Below, in pieces: positions 21,523 through 33,511 of a stretch of DNA of 64,000 nt; position 1 is the first letter of the stretch, and every line of letters starts with the position of its first letter. The position numbers and the translations under genes are program-made. Under the pieces are notes generated by a model. It was not told where the DNA came from. It worked only from the letters and a program-made list of their open reading frames with translations, and did not search any database. Origin of the DNA: Heteronotia binoei (Eukaryota); contig NC_083229.1 of assembly GCF_032191835.1 (NCBI RefSeq), positions 12,958,001 through 13,022,000 on the forward strand, written 5' to 3'.

Positions 21523-21681
21523 TGCTCTGTGGTGAGTACAGTAGAAAGCTGGTCTGCTATCATGTACTGGGATGGAAAGACTTCCAAGGAAGTTCAAACT
21601 TCGACAGGACCAGTCATGTGCCTCGTCAAACTCAATGCAAGTTGGATAGGAGACGCAACCCGGACTATGTCTTTTCTTTGT
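21523..21681 (-). other. Predicted non-coding 5'UTR exon of g3
   Basis: Donor GCA|GTAAGT at 21522; candidate branch point CTGAT, T-rich tract and AG (21696 or 21682) upstream. Confidence 0.5.
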
Positions 21682-22814
21682 CTGCTTGCAAATATCTTAT
21701 GACAAAACATAAAACTGTTCTCTAATCAGCTGTCCAGATATCCATCAGTAGACTGAATATGTTGAGGCTCTGGCTGTGAAAAGAGTCTATATCAGGAGTG
21801 GCCAAACTGTGGCTCAGGAACCATATATGGGTCTTTAACGCATATTGTGTGTCTCTTGAAACCCCCCCCCCCACTTCCTGTTGGCCGGGTTGGAGAAGGC
21901 ATTTCTCTCTTTAAATCCCTTCACCAAACCAGCTGGCAGCTTGGAGAAGGCATTTTAAGTTAAAGTTGCTTTCTTTACACTTCTCCTTCCCACTTCCCTC
22001 CCACCCTATCTATTTTCCTTCCTTCCTTCCTCCCTCCCTCCCTCCCTTTGCGGCTCTCAAACATCTGACATTTATTTTATGTGCCTCTTAGATTAAGCAA
22101 CTTTGGCCACCCCTGGTCTATATACTGGAAAAAAACAACAACACTCTTGAGAGCAACAGATTTGGAATCAATCTGGAATGGAAATGAACCTGTTATTCCT
22201 GAACAATGTAATTCTTTTCAAAAAAACATTTTGTTTCTACATCGATTGTCTGGAAAAGTCCCCTATTTTTCTGATCTCCAGTGGTTGAAAATGGCATCTG
22301 GAAGTCCCACAGGGCATCAGCAAGAATCAAAAGCAGTGTCCCGGACAGCTCCCTTTTAGAATGCCATGCAGGCAGAAAGCTGAGGGACATGTTTGGGCTG
22401 TGGCTTAGTGGAAGACCCTTTGCTTTGCATGCAGAAGGTCCCAGGTTCAATCTCCGGCATCCCCAGATAAAAGGACCAGGCAGTAGATAATGTGAAAGAA
22501 CTCAGCCTGAGACCCTGGACAGCTGCTGCCAGTCTGACAGAACAATACGGACCTTGATGGACTGATGGCCTCATTCAGGGATCATTTTGTAGAAGAATAG
22601 GTGGTGGAGCTCATTCAGGCGTTGTTATGCAACTGCACCTACTATTCAATAGACAAGGAGGTGGAACTCTCAGAAGGAGGAGGTGGAACTCTCAGAAACG
22701 GCACTCCTGTGAGTTCCCACTGAATCTGAGGCCTGGTCTCATTCAGGCTAGGTACTTTCGAGGGTGCCCTGGTGTTCAAAGCAGGGAGATCTCATCATGT
22801 TTCTACCAGTATCT

Positions 22815-22940
22815 CATCTTGATAGGACTTTAGCCGTTAGGTGATAAAAACTATGGGCTGTCTTTACTGGGTAGAGAACAGGAAATGGACAGTAACATAC
22901 ATGAAAGGAAGTAAGAAGAGAGGGCTTTTATTATCATTCG
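22815..22940. promoter_or_regulatory. GATA/ETS cluster upstream of g3
   Basis: TGATAG 22820, TGATAA 22842, CAGGAAAT 22879, AGGAAGT 22906, TTATCA 22931. Confidence 0.4.
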
Positions 22941-23449
22941 GACTTACGGTTGCCAACCTCTGGGATGGGAATGGAGATCTCCTGAACTTTCAACTGATCT
23001 CCAAACTAGATTCTCTGGAGAAAATGGCTGCCTTAGAGGGTGGATTTTGTGGTATTATACACCAAACCCTATATCCCCCAGGCTCTACTCCCAAATCTGC
23101 AGGAATCTCCCAACCTGAAGTTGGCAACCTTCGTGTGTTTATTCTATTCATGTATAATCCAGAAGGTTGAGGAGACATAGGGTCAAGATGGCTGAGGACA
23201 CCCGTTTGCTCAGGATGGCAAAATCCCAGATGAAATGTGAGAGGATTTCTTCAGATTTTTCTCCCTCTCCTAAAATGCTACAATGGGAGGACACCCAATG
23301 AACATGACAGGCAGTAGGTTTAGGATGGGCAGAAGGAAATGCGACTTTATGCAGAGAGTTAATCAAAATGTGGAATTCGCAGCCTGAGGATGTTGGGATG
23401 GCCATAGGAACAAAGCTTGAAAAGGGGATTCATGGAGAATAGATCTATC

Positions 23450-23905
23450 GGTTTGTTGTTGTTGTTCAGTCGCACAGTCGAGTCCGGCTCTTTGTGACCC
23501 CCTGGACCAAGTCACGCCAGGCCCTCCTGTCTTCCACCATCCTCCGAAGTCTGCTCAAATTCGTGTTTGTTACATCAGTAACGCTGTCCAGCCATCTCCT
23601 CTTTTGCCGTCCCCTTCTTCTTTTGCCTTCTGTCTTTCCCAGCATCAGGATCTTCTCCAGTGAGTGCTCCCTTCTCATTGGGTGGCCAAAGTATTTGAGC
23701 TTCAGCTTCAGCCTTTCCAGGGAACAGTCTGGGTTGATTTCTCTTAGGACTGACTGATTTGATCTTCTTGTAGTCCAAGGGAGTCTCAAGATTCTTCTCC
23801 AGCACCACATCTCAAAAGCGTATTTTCTCCTGCGCTTGGCCTTCCTTATGGTCCAGCTCTCACAGCCATACATTACTACTGGGAATACCATCGCTTTGAC
23901 TCTAT
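23450..23905 (-). mobile_element. BovB LINE 3' end inserted in a CR1 3' end (paralog about 34150-34600)
   Basis: Encodes VKAMVFPVVMYGCESWTIRKA...WRRILRLPWT...SRTRLCD; (CAA)n tail. Confidence 0.85.
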
Positions 23906-24209
23906 GGACGGCTACTATCAATAGTGACTGAGTGGAACCTCCACATTCGGAGTCACTAAGCCTCTGAATCCCAGAGTCAGAAGGCAACATCAGGGAAATG
24001 CCTCATCCTCTGCACCTTGTAGATAGATAAATTTATTGTCATTGTTCTCAACAAAAAGAGAGCAACGAAATGAGGTTGTTGTTGTTGTTGACCTTCCAGA
24101 GAAACTGGCTGGCCACTGTGTGAGACAGGATGCTGGACTAGGTGGTTTGATCCAGCAGTGCTCTTGTTATGGTCTTAATGTAGCTGTGGAGGAACTGACA
24201 TTGAATGGG

Positions 24210-24695
24210 ACCAATTTCCCACACGACGCTCTCACGCTCCTCTTCTCAGTGGGGCTTCCGTCCAATTTCACACTATCAGCCCTGGGGCTGCAACCAGCTT
24301 CGCCTTTTTCCTGCAGCAAAGAGAAGCTGGTTTTCAGAGGTTTCTGTTGGCTGCGCAAAAAGGCCGAAGCTAGATGGAGCCAGCGTTCCCTCTAAGCTGA
24401 GTTAGCATGAGGAGGCTCACAGATTCTTAGCCTCCAGCTCACACCTTTTTGTCTTCGCTCTGGAAGGATGACCCCAGAGCACATTAATTGATGCAGCAGC
24501 TCACAACTTGAAGCCCAGGTACTCGCCATGTTAATGCCAGTAGCTCACAAAGTAGAATTTTTGCTCACAAGACTCTTGCAGCTTAGAGGGAACATCGGTT
24601 GTAGCCCCGAGGCAGGTAGTGCGAAATCAGACGGAAGCCCCGCTGAGAAGAGGGCGTGAGAGCGGGGTATGGCGAGCGGGAAATCGGCCTTTGTC
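24210..24695. mobile_element. Long-TIR foldback MITE with a nested hAT MITE (24381-24597); paralog about 35505-35990
   Basis: Left cgctctcacgctcctcttctcagtggggcttccgtc pairs with right gacggaagccccgctgagaagagggcgtgagagcg. Confidence 0.7.
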
Positions 24696-24884
24696 TCACA
24701 AACGTCTCTATTTGACATCCTGCAAGGAGGATTTCCTCAGCTAAAACGATAAACATCTATGAGGAATTTGCCTTTCCAACGTGAGATCGATGGACTCCAT
24801 CAAGGAAGCCCTGACTCTCAGTTTGCAGGACCTGAGCAAGACTGTTGATGGCAGGAGTTTTTTAGAGGTCAGTAATTAATAGAA

Positions 24885-26000
24885 GAAAAAGATATTGGAT
24901 TTATATCCCGTCCTCCACTCCGAAGAGTCTCAGAGCGGCTCACAATCTCCTTTACCTTCCCCCCCCACAACAGACACCCTGTGAGGTAGATGAAGATATT
25001 GGATTTATATCCCACCCTCCACTCCAAAGAGTCTCAGAGCGGCTCACAATCTCCTTTACCTTCCCCCCCCCCCACAACAGACACCCTGTGAGGTAGAAGA
25101 AGATATTGGATTTATATCCTGCCTTCCACTCCAAAGAGTCTTAGAGCGGCTCACAATCTCCTTTACCTTCCTCCCCCCCAACAGACACCCTGTGAGGTAA
25201 ATGAAGATATTGGATTTATATCCCGCCCTCCACTCCGAAGAGTCTCAGAGTGGTTCACAATCTCTTTTACCTCCCCCCCACCACAACAGACAACCTGTGA
25301 GGTAGATGAAGATATTGGATTTGTATCACACCCTCCACTCCGAAGAGTCTCAGAGCGGCTCACAATCTCCTTTACCTTCCTCCCCCACAACAGACACCCT
25401 GTGAGGTAGATGAAGATATTGGATTTATATCCCGCCCTCCACTCCGAAGAGTCTCAGAGTGGTTCACAATCTCTTTTACCTCCCCCCCACCACAACAGAC
25501 AACCTGTGAGGTAGATGAAGATATTGGATTTGTATCACACCCTCCACTCCGAAGAGTCTCAGAGCGGCTCAAAATCTCCTTTACCTTCCTCCCCCACAAC
25601 AGACACCCTGTGAGGTAGATGAAGATATTGGATTTATATCCCGCCCTCCACTCCGAAGAGTCTCAGAGTGGCTCACAATCTCCTTTACCTTCCACCCCCC
25701 CCGCACACACAACAAACACCCTGTGAGGTAGATTAAGATATTGGATTTGTATCCCACCCTCCACTCCGAAGAGTCTCAGAGTGGCTCACAATCTCCTTTA
25801 ACTTCCACCCCCACAACAGACACCCTGTGAGGTGGGTGGGGCTGAGAGGGCTCTTACCGCAGCTGCCCTTTCAAGGACAACCTCTGCCAGAGCTATGGCT
25901 GACCCAAGGCCATGCTAGCAGGTGCAAGTGGAGGAGTGGGGAATCAAACCCGGTTCTCCCAGATAAGAGTCCGCACACTTAACCGCTACACCAAACTGGC
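24885..26000 (-). repeat. Squam3-like SINE with 9 tandem tails (SINE-derived satellite)
   Basis: gatattgg at 24891, 24995, 25102, 25206, 25311, 25415, 25520, 25624, 25737; head and body at about 25830-26000. Confidence 0.9.
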
Positions 26001-26004
26001 TCTC

Positions 26005-26191
26005 CAGGGCTTTTTTTTTCATAGCAGGATCTCCTTTGCATATTGGGCCACACCTCACAGATGTAGCCAATCCTCCTGGAGCTTACAGTACGCCCTGTAC
26101 AAAGAACCCTGTAAGCTCCTGGAGGATTGGCTACATCAGGGGTGTGTGGCTTAATTTGCAAAGGAGTTCCTGCTACAAAAAAAGCCCCCTG
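26005..26191. mobile_element. Palindromic hAT MITE with CAGGGCTTTTT termini (other copies near 17335, 36912, 50935, 55905, 60400)
   Basis: Self-complementary gcaggatctcctttgcatatt...aatttgcaaaggagttcctgc arms. Confidence 0.75.
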
Positions 26192-26807
26192 GGGCTGACA
26201 GAAGTCAGAACGCGAGCATCCGCTTGGTTGCAGTCAGCTGACCTAGTCACACTAATTTGTGCTACGTGAAACTCAAGGCTGGATCCTGGCAGCATAACTT
26301 TATGTGAAATTGCAGGCAATTTTGAAGAAAACTAGCTCCAGTTTTCTCCCCCTCCTTCCTCTAAAAGAAACAAGATGAGAGACTTCTGACGAAAGCATTT
26401 ATCAGCCTGGCATGCTGCATGGGTCAAAGCCTTCAGTCGCGGTTTCAAAGGTGCTGGCGTCCCAATGCTTGCCAACCGCAAAGGCTATCAAGTTCATGCA
26501 GTATGATACAAGCATTCCAATGATTATCTTTCGTGCCATTAGCTATGAGCATTCATTTCTCATATCCTCCTGCAGAGGAGTCTAAGGCGATAAAGGCATG
26601 ACTGCTCAGAAGTCTGGAGGGAAATAAGAAAGGTAAAGGGTGACTGGATGGGAATAAAAGGAGCAGATACTGGTAGGGATGTTGAGGCATCATGCGGGGT
26701 TGCCAACCTCCAGATGAGGCCTGGAGATCTCAACTAACCTTCAGAGTACATAAATCAGTTTCCTGGGAGAACGTGCCTACATCAGAGAGAGGACTGCGGC
26801 ATTATAT

Positions 26808-27285
26808 TAGGGTTGCCAATCCCCAGTTGGGGGCAGGGGATCCTCCGGTTTGGAGGCCCTCCCCTTACTTCAGGGTCATCAGAAGGAAGGGGGGGGGAGA
26901 ATGTCTGCTGGGCACTCCATTATTCCCTATGGAGACCGATTCCCATAAGGTATAGTGGAAAATTGATCTGTAGGCATCTGGGGCTCTGGGGATGGGCTGG
27001 TTTTTTTTTTTTTGAGATAGAGGCACCAAATTTTCAGTGCAGCATTCAGTGCCTCTCCTCAAATCACCCTCCGAGTTTAAAAAAGATTGAACCAGGCAGT
27101 CCAGTTCTATGAGCCCCAAATGAAGGTGCCCCTATCTTTCACTATCACCAATGGAGGAAAGACATTTAGGTGCGCAGTCCCTTTAAATGTGGTGGCCAGA
27201 ACTCCCTTTGGAGTTCAATTATGCTTGCTGCCGACTCCACCCCAAAAGTCCCCAGATATTTATGGAATTGAACCTGGTCACCCTA
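26808..27285 (-). mobile_element. hAT MITE, TAGGGTTGCCA family (paralog 37724-38647)
   Basis: Perfect 8-bp TSD cattatat. Confidence 0.85.
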
Positions 27286-27539
27286 CATTATATCCAGCTG
27301 AGGTCCCTCCCTGGGATCTACTCTCAATTCTCCCGGAATTTCTCAATCTAGAGTTGGCAACTCTACCCATGACCACTGAGGACAGAGAGCCAATTTGCAC
27401 TAGTCCCTCAGGGTAAAGATCAGTCCTTTCCCATCCATGCATAAGCATCAAGAAGCAAGTCTGTAAATCCTACATCCAGTTCCCCAGAAGACATTTATGC
27501 AATTCCCTTTCAGGCAGGTGATTCTTTTTTGTTGGTAGA

Positions 27540-27885
27540 AAAAGCCCAGCAGGAATTCATTTGCATATTGGGCCACACCCATGACATCACCATTTCCACA
27601 CGGCTTTTTTTAGAAAAGGCCCAGCAGGAACTCATTTGCATATTAGGCCATACCCATGACATCACCATTCTCACACATCTTTTTGTAGGACAAGCCCAGC
27701 AGGAACTAATTTGCATATTGGGCCACACCCATGGCATCACCATTTTCACATGGCTTTTTGTTGAAAAAGTCCAGCAGGAACTCATTTGCATATTAGGCCA
27801 CACCCATGACATTACCATGTTCACAGGGCTTTTTGTAGGAAAAGCCCAGCAGGAACTCATTTGCATATTAGGCCACACACCCCGG
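27540..27885 (+). repeat. Octamer-bearing minisatellite, 75-bp unit x5
   Basis: ATTTGCAT at 27559, 27634, 27709, 27784, 27859. Confidence 0.9.
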
Positions 27886-28345
27886 ATGCCCAGCCAGCTA
27901 GAACTGCGTTCCTGTGTGTTCCTGCTCAAAAAAAGCTCTGCTTACAGACAAGATGGATCCCCTCTCCGGAAACCCCAAGCTCTTCCTCTCTTGTTCAGAA
28001 TTTCTCCTTCATAATCACCCAATGAGAAATGGTGATGCTACTTAATGGTGTTATAACACCAATATCTCTTAAAAAAGAAAAGAAAATGTTGTCGCTATAT
28101 GAGGTCTGCTGTTTTAAGAATGTATTAAAACAATATTGTCACCTATATAAGGACTGCTGCTTTAAGAATGTATTAGCAACACACGATACTACCTGTTTCT
28201 GAAAGTCAAGGATACAGCAGGCTCCGGTACCTCTCTGACAACAAGCATCCAGGAGTGGATTCCTTTTCAAGTTGGATGTTATGTATTGGAACTGGAGTTT
28301 CGCCTTAGGGCCAGCAGAGAATTGACTCTAAAACAAGAGCCACCT

Positions 28346-28570
28346 GGATTCAGGAAGGAGGCCCATCAGGGATCTTTAGGCCAGCTATTAACCTGTAGTT
28401 GTGTGCAATGAGATGATGGTAATGGGATTCAGGAAGGAGGCCCATCAGGGATCATTAGGCCAGCTATTAACCTATAGTTGTGTGCAATGGGATGATGGTA
28501 ATGGGATTCAGGAAGGAGGCCCAACAGGGATCGTTAGGCCAGCTATTAACCTATAGTTGTGTGATGGTAA
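28346..28570 (+). repeat. 79-bp tandem repeat x3 (x2 in the paralog near 39616-39775)
   Basis: ggattcaggaaggaggcc at 28346, 28425, 28504. Confidence 0.85.
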
Positions 28571-28656
28571 TGGGTTCGCCACCGCTCCCTGGTGCCAAAA
28601 AGGGTGGGGACCACTGCTCTAAATGAAATGAGACAGAGAGACATTTTACACAAGCA

Positions 28657-28662
28657 TTTATT
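28657..28662 (-). terminator. Candidate polyadenylation signal for g4 (paralog 39859-39864 for g5)
   Basis: Minus-strand AATAAA followed by GU/U-rich tgtgt...tgtctctctgtctcatttcattt, about 1.7 kb after the stop. Confidence 0.35.
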
Positions 28663-30370
28663 AGCCTGGTATGCTGACAGGTAGCAGATCCAAGGCTGCT
28701 AGCATCCTAATATTTGTCAAAAGCAAAGGCTATCAAGTCGATACAATATGATATAATCATAGCAATTATTATCCTCAATACCATTAACGGTGAGCATTGA
28801 TCTCTCACATCCCTCTGCAGAAAAATCTAAAGAGAAAAAGGCATGTCTCTGCTCAGAAGATAAGAAAGGTCAAGGGGAAATGGAAGGGGATAAAAGGAGC
28901 AGATGCTGGCAGGTATGCTGAAGCTTCACATAGGGTCGCCAACTTCCAGAGGTGGGGTTGCCAGGTCCAACTTAGAAAATACCTGGGGACTTTGGGGATG
29001 GAGCCAGTAGACTTTCTCATTCCATAAAATACATAAATAAATAAGCAGCAGTGCTGTTCTCCTGAATACAGACGTCATTTCCTCACCCCCCAGCAGCTGG
29101 CTACACTCCCAACTAAATGAAAGTGAACACAAGCAAACGCTCGCTCACTCACAAAGCAGCCAAAATAAACACAGTTTGGAAGCGCACACTTTTGTGATCT
29201 CATTGGGGCAATTTACTTACGAGTTGCTGAATGGAACCATCTCCTGTATTTCTAGCAACTTCTGGAGGCCAACACAGGGAAACAAAAGGTTCTAGTTTGC
29301 CCTTTCCTATGCAAATGACTTAAAGAATGGAGGGGCTGGGCTGGCTTCCCTAACTTTCCAACAGCACAGACTTTGGAAACAGGCGCGCGGCTCTGCCAGC
29401 TCACCCCACTCACTTCCAGCCTTGCTTTTAGTGAGATTTAAAGGCACACACACCTTCCAAATTTCTTCTAAGCCTATCGAAGTGGAAAGGTACATGGTGG
29501 CCATTGGAGCAAGGCTTCCCCCTGCTGACCAGTTGGCTGCTGGTGGGAGGAGCCTGCAAAACCGAGGGTTCCCCTGCTGGGACCTGGGGACTGGCAAGTC
29601 TATCCAGAGGGGGCCTGGAGATCTCCCAGAATTACAACTGATCTCCAGACTAGAGAGATCAGTTTCCTGGGAGAAAGTGGCTACTTCAAAGGGTGGACTC
29701 TGTGGCATTATGTCTGGCTGAGGTTCATCCCCAGGATCTACTCTGAAATCTCCTGGAATTTCTCAGTCCAACGTTGACAAACCTACACATGACCTTTGAA
29801 AAAAGTGAGCCAGTTTGCACTACTCCCTCGGGGCATCATATCAGTACTTTCCCATCCCCACAGAAACAAGTCCTTAAGTTCTGCATCCAGTTCCTCAGAA
29901 GACCTTTATGCGACTCCCTTACAGGCGAGAGGGCTCCCCCACCAGTGTTCCCTCTAAGCTGAGTTAGCGTGAGCTAGATCACAGATTTTTAGCCTCCAGC
30001 TCACACATTTTTGCCCTAGCTCAGGAAGTTTGACCCCAGAGCACAGTACATCATGCAGTAGCTCACAACTTTAATGCCTGGAGCTTACAAAGTAGAATTT
30101 TCGCTCACAAGACTCTGAAGCTTAGAGGGAACGTCGCTGCCCACCCCAGAAACTCCGAGCTCTTCCTCTCCTGTTCAACATCTCTCCTTTGTGATCACCC
30201 AATGAGAAATGGTGATGCTACTTAATGGTGTTATAACACCAATAACCAATGTGGGGGGAGGGCCTCCAAGCCAGGGCATCCCCTGCCCCCACCTGGGGAT
30301 TGACAACCCTAGAAAAGTCTGAAGGGATCTATGTGCTTCAAGCTACTGGCCAGATGTTCTAATGCTGCCA

Positions 30371-31291
30371 TCACAACATGGTTCGGGTATGTAGTTCCAT
30401 CCTGGTGTCTCTCTCCTCCTTGAAAACTCTCTGGAGGATCCCCTTCATCCTCTCCTGAAATTTGCCACCATTCCGTCTCCCAGCCAAGAAATAAATCAGC
30501 GGATTTACACTACTCTTTAGAGAGGTCCATAAACCAAAATATACTATGCTTAAGGGCGTCATGAGAAAACAGACAGTTGTCAGGATAATAAACAGGAGGG
30601 AGGAGAGAAGCATCAATAAGACCACTCTCAAAAGACTCCCACACTGACACCTTGGTGATTTCAAGCAGACTCTGGTGAACAGAGTCAGAGTGGAGATGAT
30701 CACAAGTAAGACACAAATCAAAGAAGTCAGAGAGTAACTGTAAAGAAATACAGGTGCATAATAATAGCGTATCAAATTAATATAATATAGAAATAAGGGC
30801 ACTCCAACGAGGGCAAAAGGGAGAGCCCATATGAAGACACACACGGTGGTGGACAACGCTGGTGACCGGTGGCGTCGGTACCAATTTGGGAAGAAGACAG
30901 ACACCCATCTGTCAATGCTAATGGCTGTCAGGAGAAGTAGACGACTGCTGCACGTCAATAGGAAGAGACTCAACAAAAACCAGCCAAGATCAAAAGGACA
31001 CCAAGGATAGTCGTAGAAAGATGGTGGGTTGAAACAAAGATCTAGCGGAAGCAGAAATGCGAGGGATCCAAAGTCAGCCACGGCCAAGTTCAGGATGTAG
31101 ATGGCAAAAGGTTTCCTTTTCATACGGAAGCCAAGAAGCCGGATGAGATTTCCATTCCCCACCAGTCCAATAATGCAGAAGAGAATAATGAAGACAGAGA
31201 GGATAATCTTGTCGCCTATGAAATTGAACCATTGCGAAACTTTTTTGTCTTTGTGAGAGAATAAGGCCTTAAGGTTGAACCCATCCGTCAT
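30371..31291 (-). CDS. MAS-related GPCR, gene g4, 306 aa
   Basis: Intact 7TM ORF; ISIDRW, SLKSSVNPLIY; acceptor at 31346. Confidence 0.95.
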   Translation of the reverse strand: MTDGFNLKALFSHKDKKVSQWFNFIGDKIILSVFIILFCIIGLVGNGNLIRLLGFRMKRKPFAIYILNLAVADFGSLAFLLPLDLCFNPPSFYDYPWCPFDLGWFLLSLFLLTCSSRLLLLTAISIDRWVSVFFPNWYRRHRSPALSTTVCVFIWALPFALVGVPLFLYYINLIRYYYAPVFLYSYSLTSLICVLLVIISTLTLFTRVCLKSPRCQCGSLLRVVLLMLLSSLLFIILTTVCFLMTPLSIVYFGLWTSLKSSVNPLIYFLAGRRNGGKFQERMKGILQRVFKEERDTRMELHTRTML

Positions 31292-32123
31292 GATTGTGTT
31301 CAGCTTGCGGGGTGGTTGATTTCTGCTTGTCTTGGGCCCCCACTCCTACGAGGACAAAAGAGGTAGCGGAGGGGGATTCAGTTCTTGCAGTGGAGCTGAA
31401 CCAACAATGTAGCACAGGGGTGGCCAACGGTAGCTCTCCAGATGTTTTTTGCCTACAACTTCCATCAGCCCCAGCCAGCAGGGCTGATGGCTGGGGCTGA
31501 TGGGAGTTGTAGGCAAAAAACATCTGGAGAGCTACCGTTGGCCACCCCTGATGTAGCTCAATGATGTCCACCTGGTAGTTGCCAGGTTTGGGTTCCCCAA
31601 CTTTAGGCCCCACCACCCTGCAGCTACATAAGATGTTGTTCCCCCCCTAGTCAGCAGGGATCCTCTCTAAAATCTCATCCATATAAGGATCTCTCTCGAA
31701 ATTATAAAAGAAGAAGTAATGCAGATTTATATCCCGCCCTTCTCTCTGAATCAGAGACTCAGAGCGGCTTACAATCTATCTTCTTCCCCCACAACAGACA
31801 CCCTGTGAGGTGGGTGGGCCCAAGAGAGCTCTCCCAGAAGCTGCCCTTTCAAGGACAGCTCTTTGAGAGGCTACGGCTGATCCAAGGCCATTCCAGCAGC
31901 TGCAAGTGGAGGAGTGGGGAATCAAACCCGGTTCTCTCAGATAAGAATCTGCACACTTAACCACTACACCAAACTGGCTCTCACTGGCAATCACTACAGC
32001 TACCTAACACCATATTTATATACAGTAGATATTCAGGATATATTTACTTGCTGCAGAATTTCCTGGGTTTTAAAAGGGAGAAGCAAACAAAAGTTACATT
32101 TTTTACATAGGTCTAAAACTTAC

Positions 32124-32282
32124 TGCTCTGTGGTGAGTACAGTAGAAAGCTGGTCTGCTATCAGGTACTGGGATGGAAAGTCTTCCAAGGAAGTTCAAAC
32201 TTCGACAGGGCCAGTGATGCGCCTCGTCAATCTCAATGCAAGCTGGATAGGAGACGCAACCCGGACTATGTCTTTTCTTTGT
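32124..32282 (-). other. Predicted non-coding 5'UTR exon of g4
   Basis: Donor GCA|GTAAGT at 32123; ATG-free on the minus strand. Confidence 0.5.
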
Positions 32283-32596
32283 CTGCTTGCAAATATCTTA
32301 TGACAAAACATAAAACTGTTCTCTAATCAGCTGTCCAGATAGCCATCAGTAGACTGATTATGTTGAGGCTCTGGCTGTGAAAAGAGTCTGCATCAGCAGT
32401 GGCCAAACTGTGGCTCAGGAACCATCTATGGCTCTTTAACACATATTGTGTGGCTCTTGAAACCCCCCCCCCACTTCCTGTTGGCCGTGCTGGAGAAGGC
32501 ATTTCTCTCTTTAAATCACTTCACCAAGCCAGCTGGCAGCTTGGAGAAGGCATTTAAAGTTAAAGCTGCTTTCTTTACACTTCTCCCTCCCACCTC

Positions 32597-32759
32597 NNNN
32601 NNNNNNNNNNNNNNNNNNNNNNNNNNNNNNNNNNNNNNNNNNNNNNNNNNNNNNNNNNNNNNNNNNNNNNNNNNNNNNNNNNNNNNNNNNNNNNNNNNNN
32701 NNNNNNNNNNNNNNNNNNNNNNNNNNNNNNNNNNNNNNNNNNNNNNNNNNNNNNNNNNN
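32597..32759. other. Assembly gap (163 N)
   Basis: N run at the position of the CCTT/CCCT tract seen at about 21985-22050. Confidence 0.98.
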
Positions 32760-33511
32760 TCTGACATTTATTCTATGTGCCTCTTAGATTAAGCAACTTT
32801 GGCCACCCCTGGTCTATATACTGGAAAAAAACAACACTCTTGAGAACAACAGATTTGGAATGAATCTGGAATGGAAATGAACCTGTTATTCTTGAACTAT
32901 GTAATTTTTTTTTCAAAAAAATGTTATTTTGTTTCTATCTCAATTGTCTGGAAAAGTCCCCCATTTTTCTGATCTCCAGTGATTGAAAATGGCATCTGGA
33001 AGTGCCACGGGGCATCAGCAAGAATCAAAAGCAGGGACCCGGACGGTTCCTTTTTAGAATGCCATGCAGGCAGAAAGCTGAGGGACATGTTTGGGCTGTG
33101 GCTTGGTGGAAGACCCTTTGCTTTGCATGCAGAAGGTCCAGGTTCAATCCGCGGCATCCCCAGATAAAAGGACCAGGCAGTAGATAATGTGAAAGACCTC
33201 AGCCTGTGACCCTGGACAGCTGCTGGCAGTCTGACAGAACAATACGGACCTTGATGGACTGATGGCCTCATTCAGGGGTCATTTTGTAGAAAAATAGGTG
33301 GTGGAGCTCATCCAGGCGTCGTTATGCAACTGCACCCACTATTCAATAGACAAGGAGGTGGAACTCTCAGAAGGAGGAGGTGGAACTCTCAGAAACTGCA
33401 CTCCTGTGAGTTCCCACTGAAACTGAGGCCTGGTCTCATTCAGGATAGGACTTTTGAGTGTGCCCTGGTATTCAAAGCAAGGAGATCTCATCATGTTTCT
33501 ACCAGTATCTC

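Larger units (their letters stand above)
20691..30370. repeat. Segmental duplication spacer S, paralogous over its whole length to 31292-41540 and more distantly to 9905-19760
   Basis: Same order of shared insertions (136-bp hairpin MITE, Squam3, Charlie-like MITE, BovB, foldback MITE, SINE satellite, octamer array); stop-to-stop offsets 10792, 10610, 11170. Confidence 0.92.

Noticed and set aside
21313-21702. 129-aa + strand ORF conserved in three units (also 31914, 43072)
   Set aside because: Begins at a GTG within a SINE; conservation is explained by recent duplication; not preserved in the g2 unit
21725-21745. CAGCTG plus AGATA as a TAL1-GATA composite element
   Set aside because: Spacing of 3 nt is far from the canonical 8-10 nt
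23466-23990. BovB or CR1 ORFs as active genes
   Set aside because: Only 3'-terminal fragments; no endonuclease or full RT
26375-26400. gatgag...ctgacgaaagc as a hammerhead (also near 37290)
   Set aside because: No CUGANGA core followed by a stem II
27510-28014. ORFs with 25-aa repeats (also 38923-39387)
   Set aside because: Translation of the 75-bp MITE-derived minisatellite
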